Source: Heterodontus francisci
Lineage: Eukaryota
DNA: 64,000 nt
NCBI RefSeq assembly: GCF_036365525.1
Contig: NC_090387.1
Coordinates: forward strand, 90,189,691-90,253,690
Reading direction: 5' to 3'
Shown: positions 39,114-51,115 of the stretch, piece after piece
Numbering within the stretch: the stretch's first letter is position 1
Layout of the letters: the number at the start of each line of letters is the position of its first letter
Program-made: the position numbers and the translations under genes
The notes under the pieces: model-generated
Seen by the model: the letters and a program-made list of their open reading frames with translations, nothing else
What the model was told of the DNA's origin: nothing
The model's database searches: none

Positions 39114-40906
39114 TTAATTGTCTATCTTTTTATAGAGCAAGTTTGAACACTGATTGCCTTTATGGTAGCTGTCTAACCTGTGTTCATACATCCTCTCACA
39201 TTGCTTAATCAATTTCTTAAGTTTCCAAATTAAGTATGTCACATATAACACCAGGATACCCAGAATCACTATCAGGACATAGGAGGTAATTCCAAACCAG
39301 GGGTGTAGCTGCACATTTGACCACCCCCCGCCCTTCCACCCAGTTCCACAAGTCCTCCCACCAAGTAGAATCGTTTATCTAGTCAATCTCATCTTGTACC
39401 TTTTTTGACTGTTGTTCCAGATTGTAGCATGCTAGACCAATGGCCTCTAGCTGCTGTGTCTCGTGAACCATGCATGTGGGTGATGGCTGAATAGTATATG
39501 CGTATTCCCGGAGGTAATTTATCAATTCCTCCTTAATACATTTTGTCACAGTTATTGTTTCAGTCTTCCATATATGTATGTCTACCAACTCCATCTTCCC
39601 TACTCTAGTTGATATTTGTGGGTTGAAACAAAAAGTACTGTTGCTCACTGGTTAAGTTCGGTTATGTCCATACTGGCATTCCTTCACCGTAGTGGTTAAG
39701 CAATATCTCCCCTTTCCCATATAGGCGACATGGATTGGCCCTGACAATGCTTTCCTAGTCTCCATGGTGTGATTTACAGTGGCATTAAATCCACATTTTG
39801 AGTCTGCTGTTTTGTATATAGGATGAGGACAAATGACCTCCTGGTTTTCCAACTACCTCCTCTCTGATTCCCACAACATAGTGTAGTATATCATAGTATT
39901 TTACTTAATCTTTTCCCCTTATCACCCCTATATTTTCTACTTCATATAATTGCATCCCTAACATATCTCTTAGAATTGCAGGTATTCTCAATACTACTCC
40001 AGTAGTCGTAGATCTTGTATTTACACACTCCAGACCTTTCCATACCTTAACAAGTTTTCTGAGTTGGCACCTGGTAATTTTATCATTTGTGTGACTAGCT
40101 AAGTACTCCAACTGGGTGTCATGTATCCAAACTGGCACATGTCCCGCATCAATTTGCCACAATTTTTCCCGAGTTTGTTCTAAAATTCACAAGCCATATG
40201 TACTACAAACACTTTCATTGTTTGAAATGTCGTGGACCTCCTTTACCTTTTCTATTATATCATTAATAGTATGAGCCTGATCTTCCAGTACTCTCACCAG
40301 TCCTGTCACTGTGTTTGTCAAATCCTGTCGTACTTTAGCTGCATCACTCTGTCCCTTTTGTTCCTTTTTCAAAATATCCTTTACTAGCTGGCTGAGAGTT
40401 CTAACTTTCTGGTCCATGCTTTCCAAATCTATAGTATTGACAATTGAAGTTTCCTAATATAAGATCGTAGCTGCATCATTCACTAAACTATGTTTGCATC
40501 TTTTTCCCTTCATTACTCCCTCATCCCCGAATTCTCGTCCCGGCAATTGTTGGCGTAACAACTTATACAAAACTCGGGTCTTCTCAGGGCACCAGTCAGG
40601 CAACTGGATATCCGAGATATTCAATACTACCGGTACCAACTCATGCTGTACCTTATCATATACAATTCTATTAGTTTTTATGATCGCAAATCCATTTTCT
40701 GGTCCTGCAGTTAAGGCAGGGCAAGGGAGATCAGTCACTTGTGGCTGAGGGGTTGTAACGCTACTCGTCGGTAATTCAGATGCGGGAATAACCGTGGTGG
40801 TTGGTGCTTCTTGCCCCCATAAGCCAACAGTATGGATCCAAAGGGTGTCTACGTCATCTTTCATAACACAATGGAGCCAATAGCCCTTATCGTTGTGTGG
40901 TTTCAC
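39114..40906 (-). pseudogene. env: ERV env: F-type class I fusion glycoprotein, disrupted
   Basis: Successive ORFs 40454-40906, 40187-40426, 39905-40162, 39652-39852, 39379-39648 and 39114-39314 give a Thr/Pro-rich segment, degenerate furin site KRCKH, heptad repeat, Cys-rich region, second heptad, WWEDLWNW, and TM FGITSYVLIVILGILVLYVTYLIW. Confidence 0.8.
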
Positions 40907-40961
40907 ACATATTGATTGGTTCCTACAGTCTTTATCATCGCACTGCCATCCAGGAAACTCG

Positions 40962-42960
40962 GGGCCCCCATTTTTGACAACTTATCAGCCCTCCTGTTTC
41001 CTTCAGGGGCCTCCATACTATGAGCCTTTACTTTGATGAACCCACTTCTGACCTTCCCCTTTCTTCGCTGCGGTTACTATTCTCTGCAATAATGGGGCAG
41101 ACAGCAAAGGTTTTCCATCTACTGACACAAAACCTCTCCCTTCCCACAGAGGCAAGTACTCAGTTTACCTGTTACACAGGTACATATGTCAGAATATATG
41201 TAAACCGGTGGGAGAAACATATGTCATTGTATCACCACAAAAGCAACCGCAGCTATTTCTGCACCCTGCGCACTTAAACTCACTGGTAACAGTAAGGCAA
41301 TGACTTTAATAGTTTTTCCACTACGATCCTGTACATGTAATCAACAGGATGTCAGAAAGGCTCCATCCATCAATATCAGCGACCACGCTCTGGAAGTGGT
41401 TCAAGAGTTCACCTACCTAGGCTCAGCTATCACCAGTAACCTGTCTCTCGATGCAGAATTCAACAAGCGCATGGGAAAGGCTTCCACTGCTCTGTCCAGA
41501 CTGGCCAACAGAGTGTGGGAAAATGGCGCATGGACACGGAACACAAAAGTCCGAGTGTATCAAGCCTGTGTCCTCAGTACCTTGCTCTACGGCAGTGAGG
41601 CCTGGACAACGTATGTCAGCCAAGAGTGACGTCTCAATTCATTCCATCTTCGCTGCCTCCGGAGAATCCTTGGTATCAGGTGGCAGGACCGTATCTCCAA
41701 CACAGAGGTCCACGAGATGGCCAATATCCCCAGCATATACACCCGGCTGAGCCAGAGGCACTTGAGATGGCTTGGCCATGTGAGCCGCATGGAAGATGGC
41801 AGGATCCCCAAGGACACATTGGACAGTGAGCTCGTCACTTGTATCAGACCCACCGGCTGTCCATGTCTCCACTTTGACGATTTCTGCAAATGTGACATGA
41901 AGTCCTGTGACATTGATCACAAGTCGTGGGAGTCAGTTGCCAGTGATCACCAGAGCTGTCGGGCAGCCAGAAAGGCGGGGCTAAAGTGTGGCAAGTCGAA
42001 GAGACTTAACAGCTGGCAGGAAAAAAGATGGAAGCGCAAGGGGAGAGCAAACTGTGTAACAGCCCCCACAACCAATTTTATCTGCAGCACCTGTGGAAAA
42101 GTCTGTCACTCTAGAATTGGCCTTTATAGCCACTCCAGACGCTGATCCACATACCACTGACCACCTCCAGACGCTTACCCATTGTCTTTCGAGACAAGAG
42201 GCCAAAGAAGAAGAAGAAGAAGAAGAAGAAGAATCAACACCCTATTTGCCTGATCCCGTCCTCCACTGTGGAGGAACCATCAACAAAGGATTTTAGTGCT
42301 GGTTTGATTGCTGGCTCCTTCCCTTGTACACCCCCAATGATTTTGATACAAAAGTCCCTTGAGGGCCTTTGCTGTCAAAACCTGACACTCATGGGGCTCA
42401 CTCTGGTAGATTAAATTGTGCACCAGTCATGTAGTAGTTCTTGCCCTTTTTACCAAAATATCTTTACCTTGCAAGAACAAGGTCCACTGGGCAATACCAT
42501 TCTGAATAACATCACCGCCCTTCAGTCCTCCATGCAGTAACAACTGGATAGGCGTGTGTTCAGTCAGGATAGTTACGGGGCTGAGGCGGACAATATAAGT
42601 AAAATTTTGAATCACCCAAAAGACGGCCCGCAAGTGCTTTTTTCACATACTGTAAAGGTCCATTCTACCGATGTTAACAAGAGAGATGCGTACGCCACTA
42701 GGCAAAATCGACCACGTTTTTCCTGAGGCAATACAGCTGATAAGGTAGCATCTGTGGTAGCAACCTTAAGGGTAGGGATGGATCTGGCACCTGTAGCGCC
42801 GGAGCTGTGGCCAGTGTCTGTTTTAATTCTGTAACCGCTGAAGTACACTCTGGTGTCCCACTCAGAGTTCTTCTTCAGGAAATCATACAAAGGGGCTGCT
42901 TTTAAAGCAAATCCATCAATATGATCCCTGCACTACCCTACGAGGTCCAAAAATGATCTC
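40962..42960 (-). pseudogene. pol: ERV pol: tether (degenerate RNase H) plus retroviral RNase H, interrupted by an RTE
   Basis: 42427-42890 tether (LSAVLPQE..VAYAS..CEK..QWTLFLQ). FVDGSS at 42270-42287. After removing the RTE: SAQGAEIAAV, IYSD, KVKAHS..GNRRADKLSK (to about 40965). Confidence 0.85.
41347..42231 (+). mobile_element. RTE-clade LINE, 5'-truncated, in the ERV RNase H
   Basis: LEVVQEFTYLGS, LRWLGHVSRMEDGRIPK, C-terminal C2H2; (GAA)n tail; TSD AATCAACA at 41339-41346 and 42232-42239. Confidence 0.92.
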
Positions 42961-43057
42961 AGAGCCTTAACTTTTATTTTTTATTGAGAGATACAACACT
43001 GAAACCGGCCCTTCGGCCCACCGAGTCTGTGCCGACCATCAACCACCCAGTTATACT

Positions 43058-45616
43058 TTCTCTTTGGCCTGCTTGTCTCGGGAGACAATGGGTAAGTGCC
43101 TGGAGGTGGTCAGTGGTTTGCGAAGCAGTGCCTAGAGTGGCTATAAAGACCAATTCTAGAGTGACAGATTCTTCCACAGGTACTGCAGATAAAATTGGTT
43201 GTCGGGGCTGTTACACAGTTGGCTCTCTCCTTGCACTTCTGTCTTTTTTCCTGCCAGCTGCTAAGTCTCTTCGACTCGCCATGCTTTAGCCCCGCCTTTA
43301 TGGTTGCGCGCCAGCTCTGGCGATCACTGGCAACTGACTCCCACGAATTGACATCAATGTCACAGGATTTCATGTCGCGTTTCCAGACGTCTTTAAAGCG
43401 GAGACATGGACAGCCGGTGGGTCTGGTACCAGCGACGAGCTCGCTGTACAATGTGTCCTTGGGGATCTTGCCATCTTCCATGCGGCTCATATGGCCAAGT
43501 CATCTCAAGCGCCAATGGCTTAGTAGGGTGTATATGCTGGGGATGTTGGCCGCCTCGAGGACTTCTGTGTTGGAGATACGGTCCTGCCACCTGATGCCAA
43601 GCATTCTCCGGAGGCACCGAAGATGGAATGAATTGAGACGTCACTCTTGGCTGACATACGTTGTCCAGGCCTCGCTGCCATAGAGCAAGGTACTGAGGAC
43701 ACAGGCTTGATACACTTGGACTTTTGTGTTCTGTGTCAGTGCGCCATTTTCCCACACTGTCTTGGCCAGTCTGGACATAGCAGTGGAAGCCTTTCCCATG
43801 CGCCTGTTGAATTCTGCATCGAGAGACAGGTTACTGGTGATAGCTGAGCCTAGGTAGGTGAACTCTTGAACCACTTCCAGAGTGTGGTCGCCGATATTGA
43901 TGGATGGGGCATTTCTGACGTCCTGTCCCATGATGTTCATTTTCTTGAGGCTGATGGTTAGGCCAAATTCGTTGCAGGCAGGCGCAATCCTGTCGATGAG
44001 TCTCTGCAGACACTCTTCAGTGTGAGATGTTAATGCAGCATCATCAGCGAAGAGGAGTTCTCTGATGAGGACTTTCCGTACTTTGGTCTTTGCTTTTAGA
44101 CGGGCAAGGTTGAACAACCTGCCACCTGATCTTGTGCAGAGGAAAATTCCTTCTTCTGAAGACGTGAACGCATGTGAGAGCAGCCAGAAGAAGAAGATGT
44201 GACGGGTAGGTCGTGCCTCACAAACCTTATTGAGTTTTTCGAGAAGGTGACCAAACAGGTGGATGAGGGTAAAGCAGTGGATGTGGTGTATATGGATTTC
44301 AGTAAGGCGTTTGATAAGGTTCCCCACAGTAGGCTATTGCAGAAAATACGGAAGTATGGGGTTGAAGGTGATTTAGAGCTTTGGATCAGAAATTGGCTAG
44401 CTGAAAGAAGACAGAGGGTGGTGGTTGATGGCAAATGTTCATCCTGGAGTTTAGTTACTAGTGGTGTACCGCAAGGATCTGTTTTGGGGCCACTGCTGTT
44501 TGTCATTTTTATAAATGACCTGGAAGGGGGTGTAGAAGGGTGGGTTAGTAAATTTGCAGATGACACTAAGGTCGGTGGAGTTGTGGATAGTGCCGAAGGA
44601 TGTTGTAGGGTACAGAGGGACATAGATAGGCTGCAGAGCTGGGCTGAGAGATGGCAAATGGAGTTTAATGCGGAAAAGTGTGAGGTGATTCACTTTGGAA
44701 GGAGTAACAGGAATGCAGAGTACTGGGCTAATGGGAAGATTCTTGGTAGTGTAGATGAACAGAGAGATCTTGGTGTCCAGGTGCATAAATCCCTGAAGGT
44801 TGCTAACCAGGTTAATAGGGCTGTTAAGAAGGCATATGGTGTGTTAGCTTTTATTAGTAGGGGGGTCGAGTTTCGGAGCCACGAGGTCATGCTGCAGCTG
44901 TACAAAACTCTGGTGAGACCGCACCTGGAGTATTGCGTGCAGTTCTGGTCACCGCATTATAGGAAGGATGTGGAAGCTATGGAAAGGGTGCAGAGGAGAT
45001 TTACTAGGATGTTGCCTGGTATGGAGGGAAGGTCTTACGAGGAAAGGCTGAGGGACTTGAGGTTGTTTTCGTTGGAGAGAAGGAGGAGGAGAGGTGACTT
45101 AATAGAGACATATAAGATAATCAAAGGTTTAGATAGGGTGGATAGTGAGCGTCTTTTTCCTCGGATGGTGATGGCAAACACGAGGGGACATAGCTTTAAG
45201 TTGAGGGGTGATAGATATAGGACAGATGTGAGAGGTAGTTTCTTTACTCAGAGAGTAGTAAGGGCGTGGAACGCCCTGCCTGCAGCAGTAGTAGATTCGC
45301 CAACTTTAAGGGCATTTAAGTGGTCATTGGATAGACATATGGATGAAAATGGAATAGTGTAGGTCAGATGGTTTCACAGGTCGGCGCAACATCGAGGGCC
45401 GAAGGGCCTGTACTGCGCTGTAATGTTCTTCTAAAAAAAAAGATCCCAAACAGTGTAGCTGCGAGAACACAGCCCTGTTTCACACCACCCAGGATAGGAA
45501 AGGGGTCTGATGAGGCACCGCTATGCTGAATTGTGCCTTTCATATTGTCATGGAATGAGGTGATGATACTTAGTAGCTGTGGTGGGCATCCAATCTTTTC
45601 TAGTCATCTGAAGAGT
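43058..45616 (-). mobile_element. RTE-clade LINE nested in the SINE, itself split by a CR1
   Basis: ELLFADDAAL, YLGS, and GVKQGCVLA near 45460-45490; TSD CCCA(G/T)TTATACT at 43046-43057 and 45617-45628. Confidence 0.9.
44199..45439 (+). mobile_element. Young CR1 LINE, 5'-truncated, with intact 387 aa RT frame
   Basis: ORF 44199-45362 is uninterrupted; flanked by an AAGAT duplication inside the RTE. Confidence 0.92.
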
Positions 45617-45869
45617 CCCATTTATACTAGTCCTACACTAATCCCATATTCCCCTACCACCTACCTATACTAGGGGTAATTGATAATTGCCAATTTACCT
45701 ATCAACCTGCAAGTCTTTGGCTGTGGGAGGAAACCGGAGCACCCAGCAAAAACCCACGTGCTGACAGGGAGAACTTGCAAACTCCACACAGGCAGTACCC
45801 AGAATTGAACATGGGTCGTTGGAGCTGTGGGGCTGCAGTGCTGACCACTGCGCCACTGTGCCGCCTACT

Positions 45870-47123
45870 TTGTGATAGGGGGAGTTGGAGGATTGTCTGT
45901 TTTCGCATTTGCTGTAGCTCATGTTTTCCCTGTGTTATTACTATTCCCAAATAGCGAACACCTTTTCTTTCAGTATCTGCGCCTTTTTAGGGTTAATCTT
46001 CACTCCGACCTTCTGGAGGAGTCGAAGGAGCTCCCCCAGTAGCTCTACGTGCTCTGCCTAACTCTCCGTTTGATGTAATAGGTCATCCACATATTGGATC
46101 AAACATTCTGATCAGGAGAAAGGACTTAATACCTTTGCCAACCACTGGTGAAATATTGACGGACTGTTATGAAATCCCTGGCAGAGACACGTCCAGGTGT
46201 ACTGTTGTCCCTGGAACGTTAATGCAAATTTATATTGACACTCTTGTGCCAGCGGTATGGACCAGAACCCATTGCTGATGTCCAGCACAGTAAACCACTT
46301 AGATTGTGGGAACTGCCTCTTTATTGTCTCGGGGCTCATAGCAACAGAAGGTGCTTATTTAACTCTTGATAGTCAATAGTCAATCGCCACGATCCATCTG
46401 GTTTACAGACGGGCCAGATAGAAGAGTTATTGGTGGATGCCACTGGTCTTATCACCCACTGTTGTAGGAGACTGCCTATGACCTTCCTCACCTCTAGCTC
46501 CGCCTGTGTGGGGAAGCCATACTGTTTCTGGGGTCGATGATCTGGTTCCTCAACTAAGACTTCCCCTGCCATGCATCCGCATCATGCTTGCGAGTTGCAA
46601 ACACTGAACGGTGCTGCTCAATACATTGCTGCGCTGCTGCATCAGCAGTCATATCCTCTGGTTTTAACCACAATTGTGCCATCTCACAGATCCTCTCTGT
46701 ATATTGGCCCATTTGGATAATACCAGAGAAACCCTTCACGTTCGGTATTTTCCAGATGCAACAATTCACCATATCGAAAGACAAACCTTGTTTCCTCATT
46801 ACATCTGATCCCAAAATGTTCTGCATCGATCGACCCAACCTGACGATCATACATGCATGGTTAAAACAATAGTTGTCAAGTCTAAATAATAATGGTTTCA
46901 TCTCAAGGCCTGTATGAACATGGCCCGTAAAGCCACTTCGCATCACTTTATTCTGGGTATACCAAGAGGGGTCCGTTCCGTTAGACTGGTTCAGGACTGT
47001 CTGGAAGCTGCTGGTATCCCACAAAAACATAGTGAGGCAGCATCCCACCTCACTTTTCACCACTGGTCGCCCAAATGGATCCCACCTCCCTTTGCAAACC
47101 CGTTCCACCGAGGCCTGACACAA
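45870..47123 (-). pseudogene. pol: ERV protease and reverse transcriptase
   Basis: LWDTSS (degenerate protease site); QKQYGFP, IWPVCKPDGSWRLTIDYQELNK, FTVLDISNGFWSIPL, YTWTCLCQGFHNSPSIF, and LIQYVDDLL (YVDD at 46082-46093). Confidence 0.9.
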
Positions 47124-48900
47124 TCAATCTTCCCAGTCGGTATCTGGGTCAGAATTCCAGGTGACCAATTTGGTTGACCCTTCCTTCTGTCCATCCCTTC
47201 TCCTTATTTCACCAACAGGAGCCATGGGATGATATCGGCCACCCTCGTGCTCCGGCTGCTGAGCCACCAGCCGCCTGGTCCCTTCCAAAGGCAATGGAGG
47301 GTACAGGGATGGTGTGCCTAGATCCCCTTCCCTGGTATGTCGCCGGGATGCATTACAATCATGGGTGAAATGTCCTTGCTTCCCACAATTATAACATCTG
47401 CCGATTTTGGGCAGAGGGGAGTTGTTTCTAGTCATCGCTCTACCTCGCCCCACTTGTTCTTCATAGGGGAGTGGCGATGGTATCCTAGCCATGCCACCTC
47501 GACCCCTCCCGGATCCCTCATTCTTTCATACAGCTTCTGGACCCCTCGGATGGAAGTCACTGATCTTACCCTTTCCCTTGTCTTTATCTTTTTTCCCGTT
47601 TTCCCAGGCCTCTCTCCCATACACGGGTCATACATTGGAGAGCCCACTGTTCAGTGTGGGTTTGGTCTTCCAGATCATAACATTCATGCGTATTTTGGCT
47701 ACTCTCATTAGAATGAGCTATGAAAATGCGTACCCATTTGAATGTGTTCTCCCAAAGATTTCCCCTTTCCAATTCAGGCCCATAAACTCCAATGAAATAA
47801 TTCCATAAACGGTTCGCAAACGCCACCAGATGCTCATTCGGCCCTTGCTGGCACTTTTGCAAGTCTTCCGTGAGATCCTCTTTATTGCTCCCTGGTGCTG
47901 TCAATATTGACGCCTTCATTGCATCCGGTGTTCCCTCACCCCTTTGCTGTGTCTGAAGTAATGCAGAGAAGAGTCTGGGATCTAAACACATTCCCAATAA
48001 TTTAACCTCTTCTCTATGATCCAATCCGTGCAGAGCCTGTAAATAGGTTATTGTCACAAAAGTAATGTGCCAGTCCCCTGTTTCGTTGTACTTAGGGATC
48101 TCCTTCTGCATTTCTGCCAATTAAGTGATAGTATATGGAGTGTTATATGTTATCATCTGCTCACCCGGGCCCCCCTGTTCGATTAGTTATCAATGGCGCC
48201 ACAGGTAGGGCCAGGGTAGGGTCTGATGGCTCAATTGGGTGTCCGGGTGGAGCAAGAGGTGAATCATCCCATGAGCCATTTTCATCGTCATGGTACTTAC
48301 TGGCCTGGTCTGCCTAGTCGGCCCAAATAATGTCGTCATTGTCATCATCCTCCCTATCTGCAAATGCGCATATTATGCCCCTTTGCACTAAAGAGTTGAG
48401 ACTGCAGTTTGCGTATCCCCTGCATTTGGTATGATCCGCTGACTGGTACAGCCGCTCCATCTGTGAGCGGTGCAGAACTTCATTGTGGTCTGTAAGTCAG
48501 AGCATTTCTGTCCTGCTCTTCTGAGCTGTCCCTTCACCCTCTCCGATTCCCTCTCAGCCTTCTTATGACTGTGCTCAGCCTTTTCGGCCTGAGACTGGAA
48601 TTGGCTTAAATGCGCCACCTGTGCTGCATTAACTGCTTCTGCCTTCAGGGCCCTATCATAACACTCATTCTTTCATTTTTCTAACCTCTGAAACTCCTGC
48701 TTCAACTATTCATTCTCCCTTTCCTTTTCATCCAGTTCCTTCATACAAAACGCTATAGCAGTGGCTTGCACTAACCTAGGCAACCATTTGGCTTGGTGGG
48801 TATGCGCATCCTCCCAATGCTGTACCCCAATGGGCCCTTGGCCCGTGTACTGTTTAACTCAAACTTGCTCTGCAAATATTTCCAAAGTTCCAATTCCCAC
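47124..48900 (-). pseudogene. gag: ERV gag
   Basis: Coiled-coil segment 48388-48618; capsid ORF 47584-48120 with MHR-like QGPNEHLVAFANRL; CYNCGKQGHFTHDC zinc knuckle in 47124-47492. The 5' limit is approximate. Confidence 0.8.
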
Positions 48901-49063
48901 TATGGCCTAGCCAGGGCCATAATTACTCAACTGTTGTCCTGTTTTGTCTACACAATTACTCAACCGTTCACCAATCCGATCCACCGAACTCACAATTTAG
49001 TCTATAAATTAGTTCAAACCCAGCAAGGCTACTCAGAATAACTTTAAATAGCACTACAATGGA

Positions 49064-49081
49064 GTTCCATCTGCGTCACCA
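49064..49081 (-). promoter_or_regulatory. ERV primer-binding site, possibly tRNA-Ser(GCT)
   Basis: TGGTGACGCAGATGGAAC, 4 nt after the 5' LTR; about 13/18 match to TGGCGACGAGGATGGGAT. Confidence 0.5.
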
Positions 49082-49085
49082 ATTA

Positions 49086-49794
49086 TGTTGTGCATAATCT
49101 GCACTTGCTGTTGAAGAATTCCTGGAAGCTGATTGGTGAAAGGTATATCAATGTTTTATTGACACACTAAGTCATCAAGTACGAGCTCTCAATATTTACA
49201 CAGTATCAAGAATCAATCAAGTACAAGCTCTAACTACTTGCATGGTATACTAACCGTCAAGGCATGAGGCGATCAGTGTCGGTCTTGCGCTGCTCTCCTG
49301 CTCTCTGAGTCCCTGACTCAGGGGAAACTTCTCCAGTGTTCTTCCCAGGATTCTCGCACCGTCCCCAGTTTCAATCAGGAGTAAAATCTCGTCTCTAAGA
49401 CTCTCCCCTCTTACTTACTCATAGGGATCTGGTACAATGATATTTCCTTCTTTGGTTCAGTGAGAGCCTGGTCAGCACTTCTCAATGTCCACACTTCCCG
49501 ATTGTCTAATCATAAGTCTAATCTTATTTCATGTCCATGGCGACTACTTTATCTGGCACGTGCAAGGGCACTGTCTGGTTTCATTAGGTCAGCACTTCTT
49601 GTTTGAACATGTTTTCCTGTACTGTCTACAATTCATTGGACATCTATGTCTTTTTTCCGCTTTCTACCCAACCCCCTATGTTTCAACATACTATGTAATT
49701 ATTTATTACTATCCCCTTTGTCTCAACTAAGTTCTTATGTGTTTTTACTGAGTCTACAGTTTTTGCTGGGTCTCCAATTTTTGCTGGGTCTACA
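49086..49794 (-). repeat. ERV 5' LTR
   Basis: Direct repeat of 37922-38600 with identical termini. Confidence 0.9.
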
Positions 49795-51115
49795 ACCACC
49801 ACACTGTTCTTGTGAAGACGAAGTCCTGTCTCCACACCGAGGATATCTTCTATTGTGTTGTGTGGCACGAGAACCATGCTAAATGGGATAGATTCAGAAC
49901 AGATCTAGCAGCTCCAAACTGGGCATCCATGAGGCGCTGTGGACCATCATCAGCAGCAGAATTGTATTCAACCACAATCTGTAACCTCATGGCCCTGTAT
50001 ATCCCTCATTCTACCATTACCATCAAGTCAATGATGAGTGTAGAAGGGCATGCCGGGAGCAAAACCAGGCATACCTAAAAATGAGGTGTCAACCTGGTGA
50101 AGCTACAACACAGGACTACTTGCATGTCAAACAGCAAAGCAGCATACAATAGACAGGGCTAAGCAATTCCACTACCAGTCAATCAAGTCAAAGATCTGCA
50201 GTCCTGCCGCAGCCACTTTGAATGGTATTCAATGGACACTTAAACAACTAACAGGAGGATGAGGCTCCACCTCAATGATGGGGGAGCTTAGAACATCAGT
50301 GCAAAAGACAAGGCCGAATTATTTGCAACCACATTCAGCCAGAAGTGCCAAGTCGATGATACATCTCGGCCTTCTGCTGAGGTCCCCAGGATCACAGATA
50401 CTCTACATGATATCAAGAAACAGCTGAAGGTGCGGATGCTGCAAAGACTTCGGGTCCTGACAACATCCCGGCAATAGTACTGATGACTTGTGCTCTAGAA
50501 CTAACCACGCCCGTAGCCAACATTTTCCAGTACAGCGACAAAAGTGGCATCTACCGACAATGTGGAAAATTGCCCAGGTATGTCTGATTCACAAAAAGCA
50601 GGACAAATCCAATACAGTCATTATGGCTCCACGAACCTCTTCTCGATCATCAGCAATGTCATGAGAGGTGTCATTGATAGTGCTATCAAACAGCACTTAC
50701 ACAGCAATAACCTACTTTCAGGCGCTCAGCTTGGGTTCCACCAGGGCTACCAGGCTCCTGACCTCATTATAGCCTTGGTCCAAACATGGTCAAAAGACTG
50801 GACCTCAAGAATGGAGGTGAAAGTGATTGCCTTTGACATTAAGGCAGTATTTGACTGAGTATGGCATCATGAATCCCTTGCAAAATTGAAGTCAATGGGA
50901 ATCAAGGGGAAACCTCTGAACTGGTTGGAGTCATACCTGGCAAAAAGGAAGATGGCTGTGGTAATTGCAGGCCAATTATCTCAGCTCCAGGAGATCACTG
51001 CAGGAGTTTCTCAGGGTAGTGTCCTAGGCCCAACTATCTTCAGCTCCTTCGTCAATGACCTTCCTTCAATCATAAGGTCAGAAGTGGAGATATTCACTGT
51101 TCAGCACCATTCACG

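Larger units (their letters stand above)
42975..45866 (-). mobile_element. HE1-type V-SINE in ERV pol, split by an RTE (pieces 42975-43057 and 45617-45866)
   Basis: The two halves rejoin into the consensus seen at 38740-39111. Confidence 0.85.
37922..49794 (-). mobile_element. Endogenous retrovirus (lokiretrovirus-like architecture): LTR-gag-pro-RT-tether-RNaseH-(no IN)-env-LTR
   Basis: TGT..ACA LTR pair, ACCA TSD (37918-37921 and 49795-49798), PBS and PPT, and all coding motifs on the minus strand in retroviral order. Confidence 0.9.

Noticed and set aside
42206-42232. Poly-Glu coding run or functional microsatellite
   Set aside because: It is the (GAA)n tail of the RTE, followed by its TSD.
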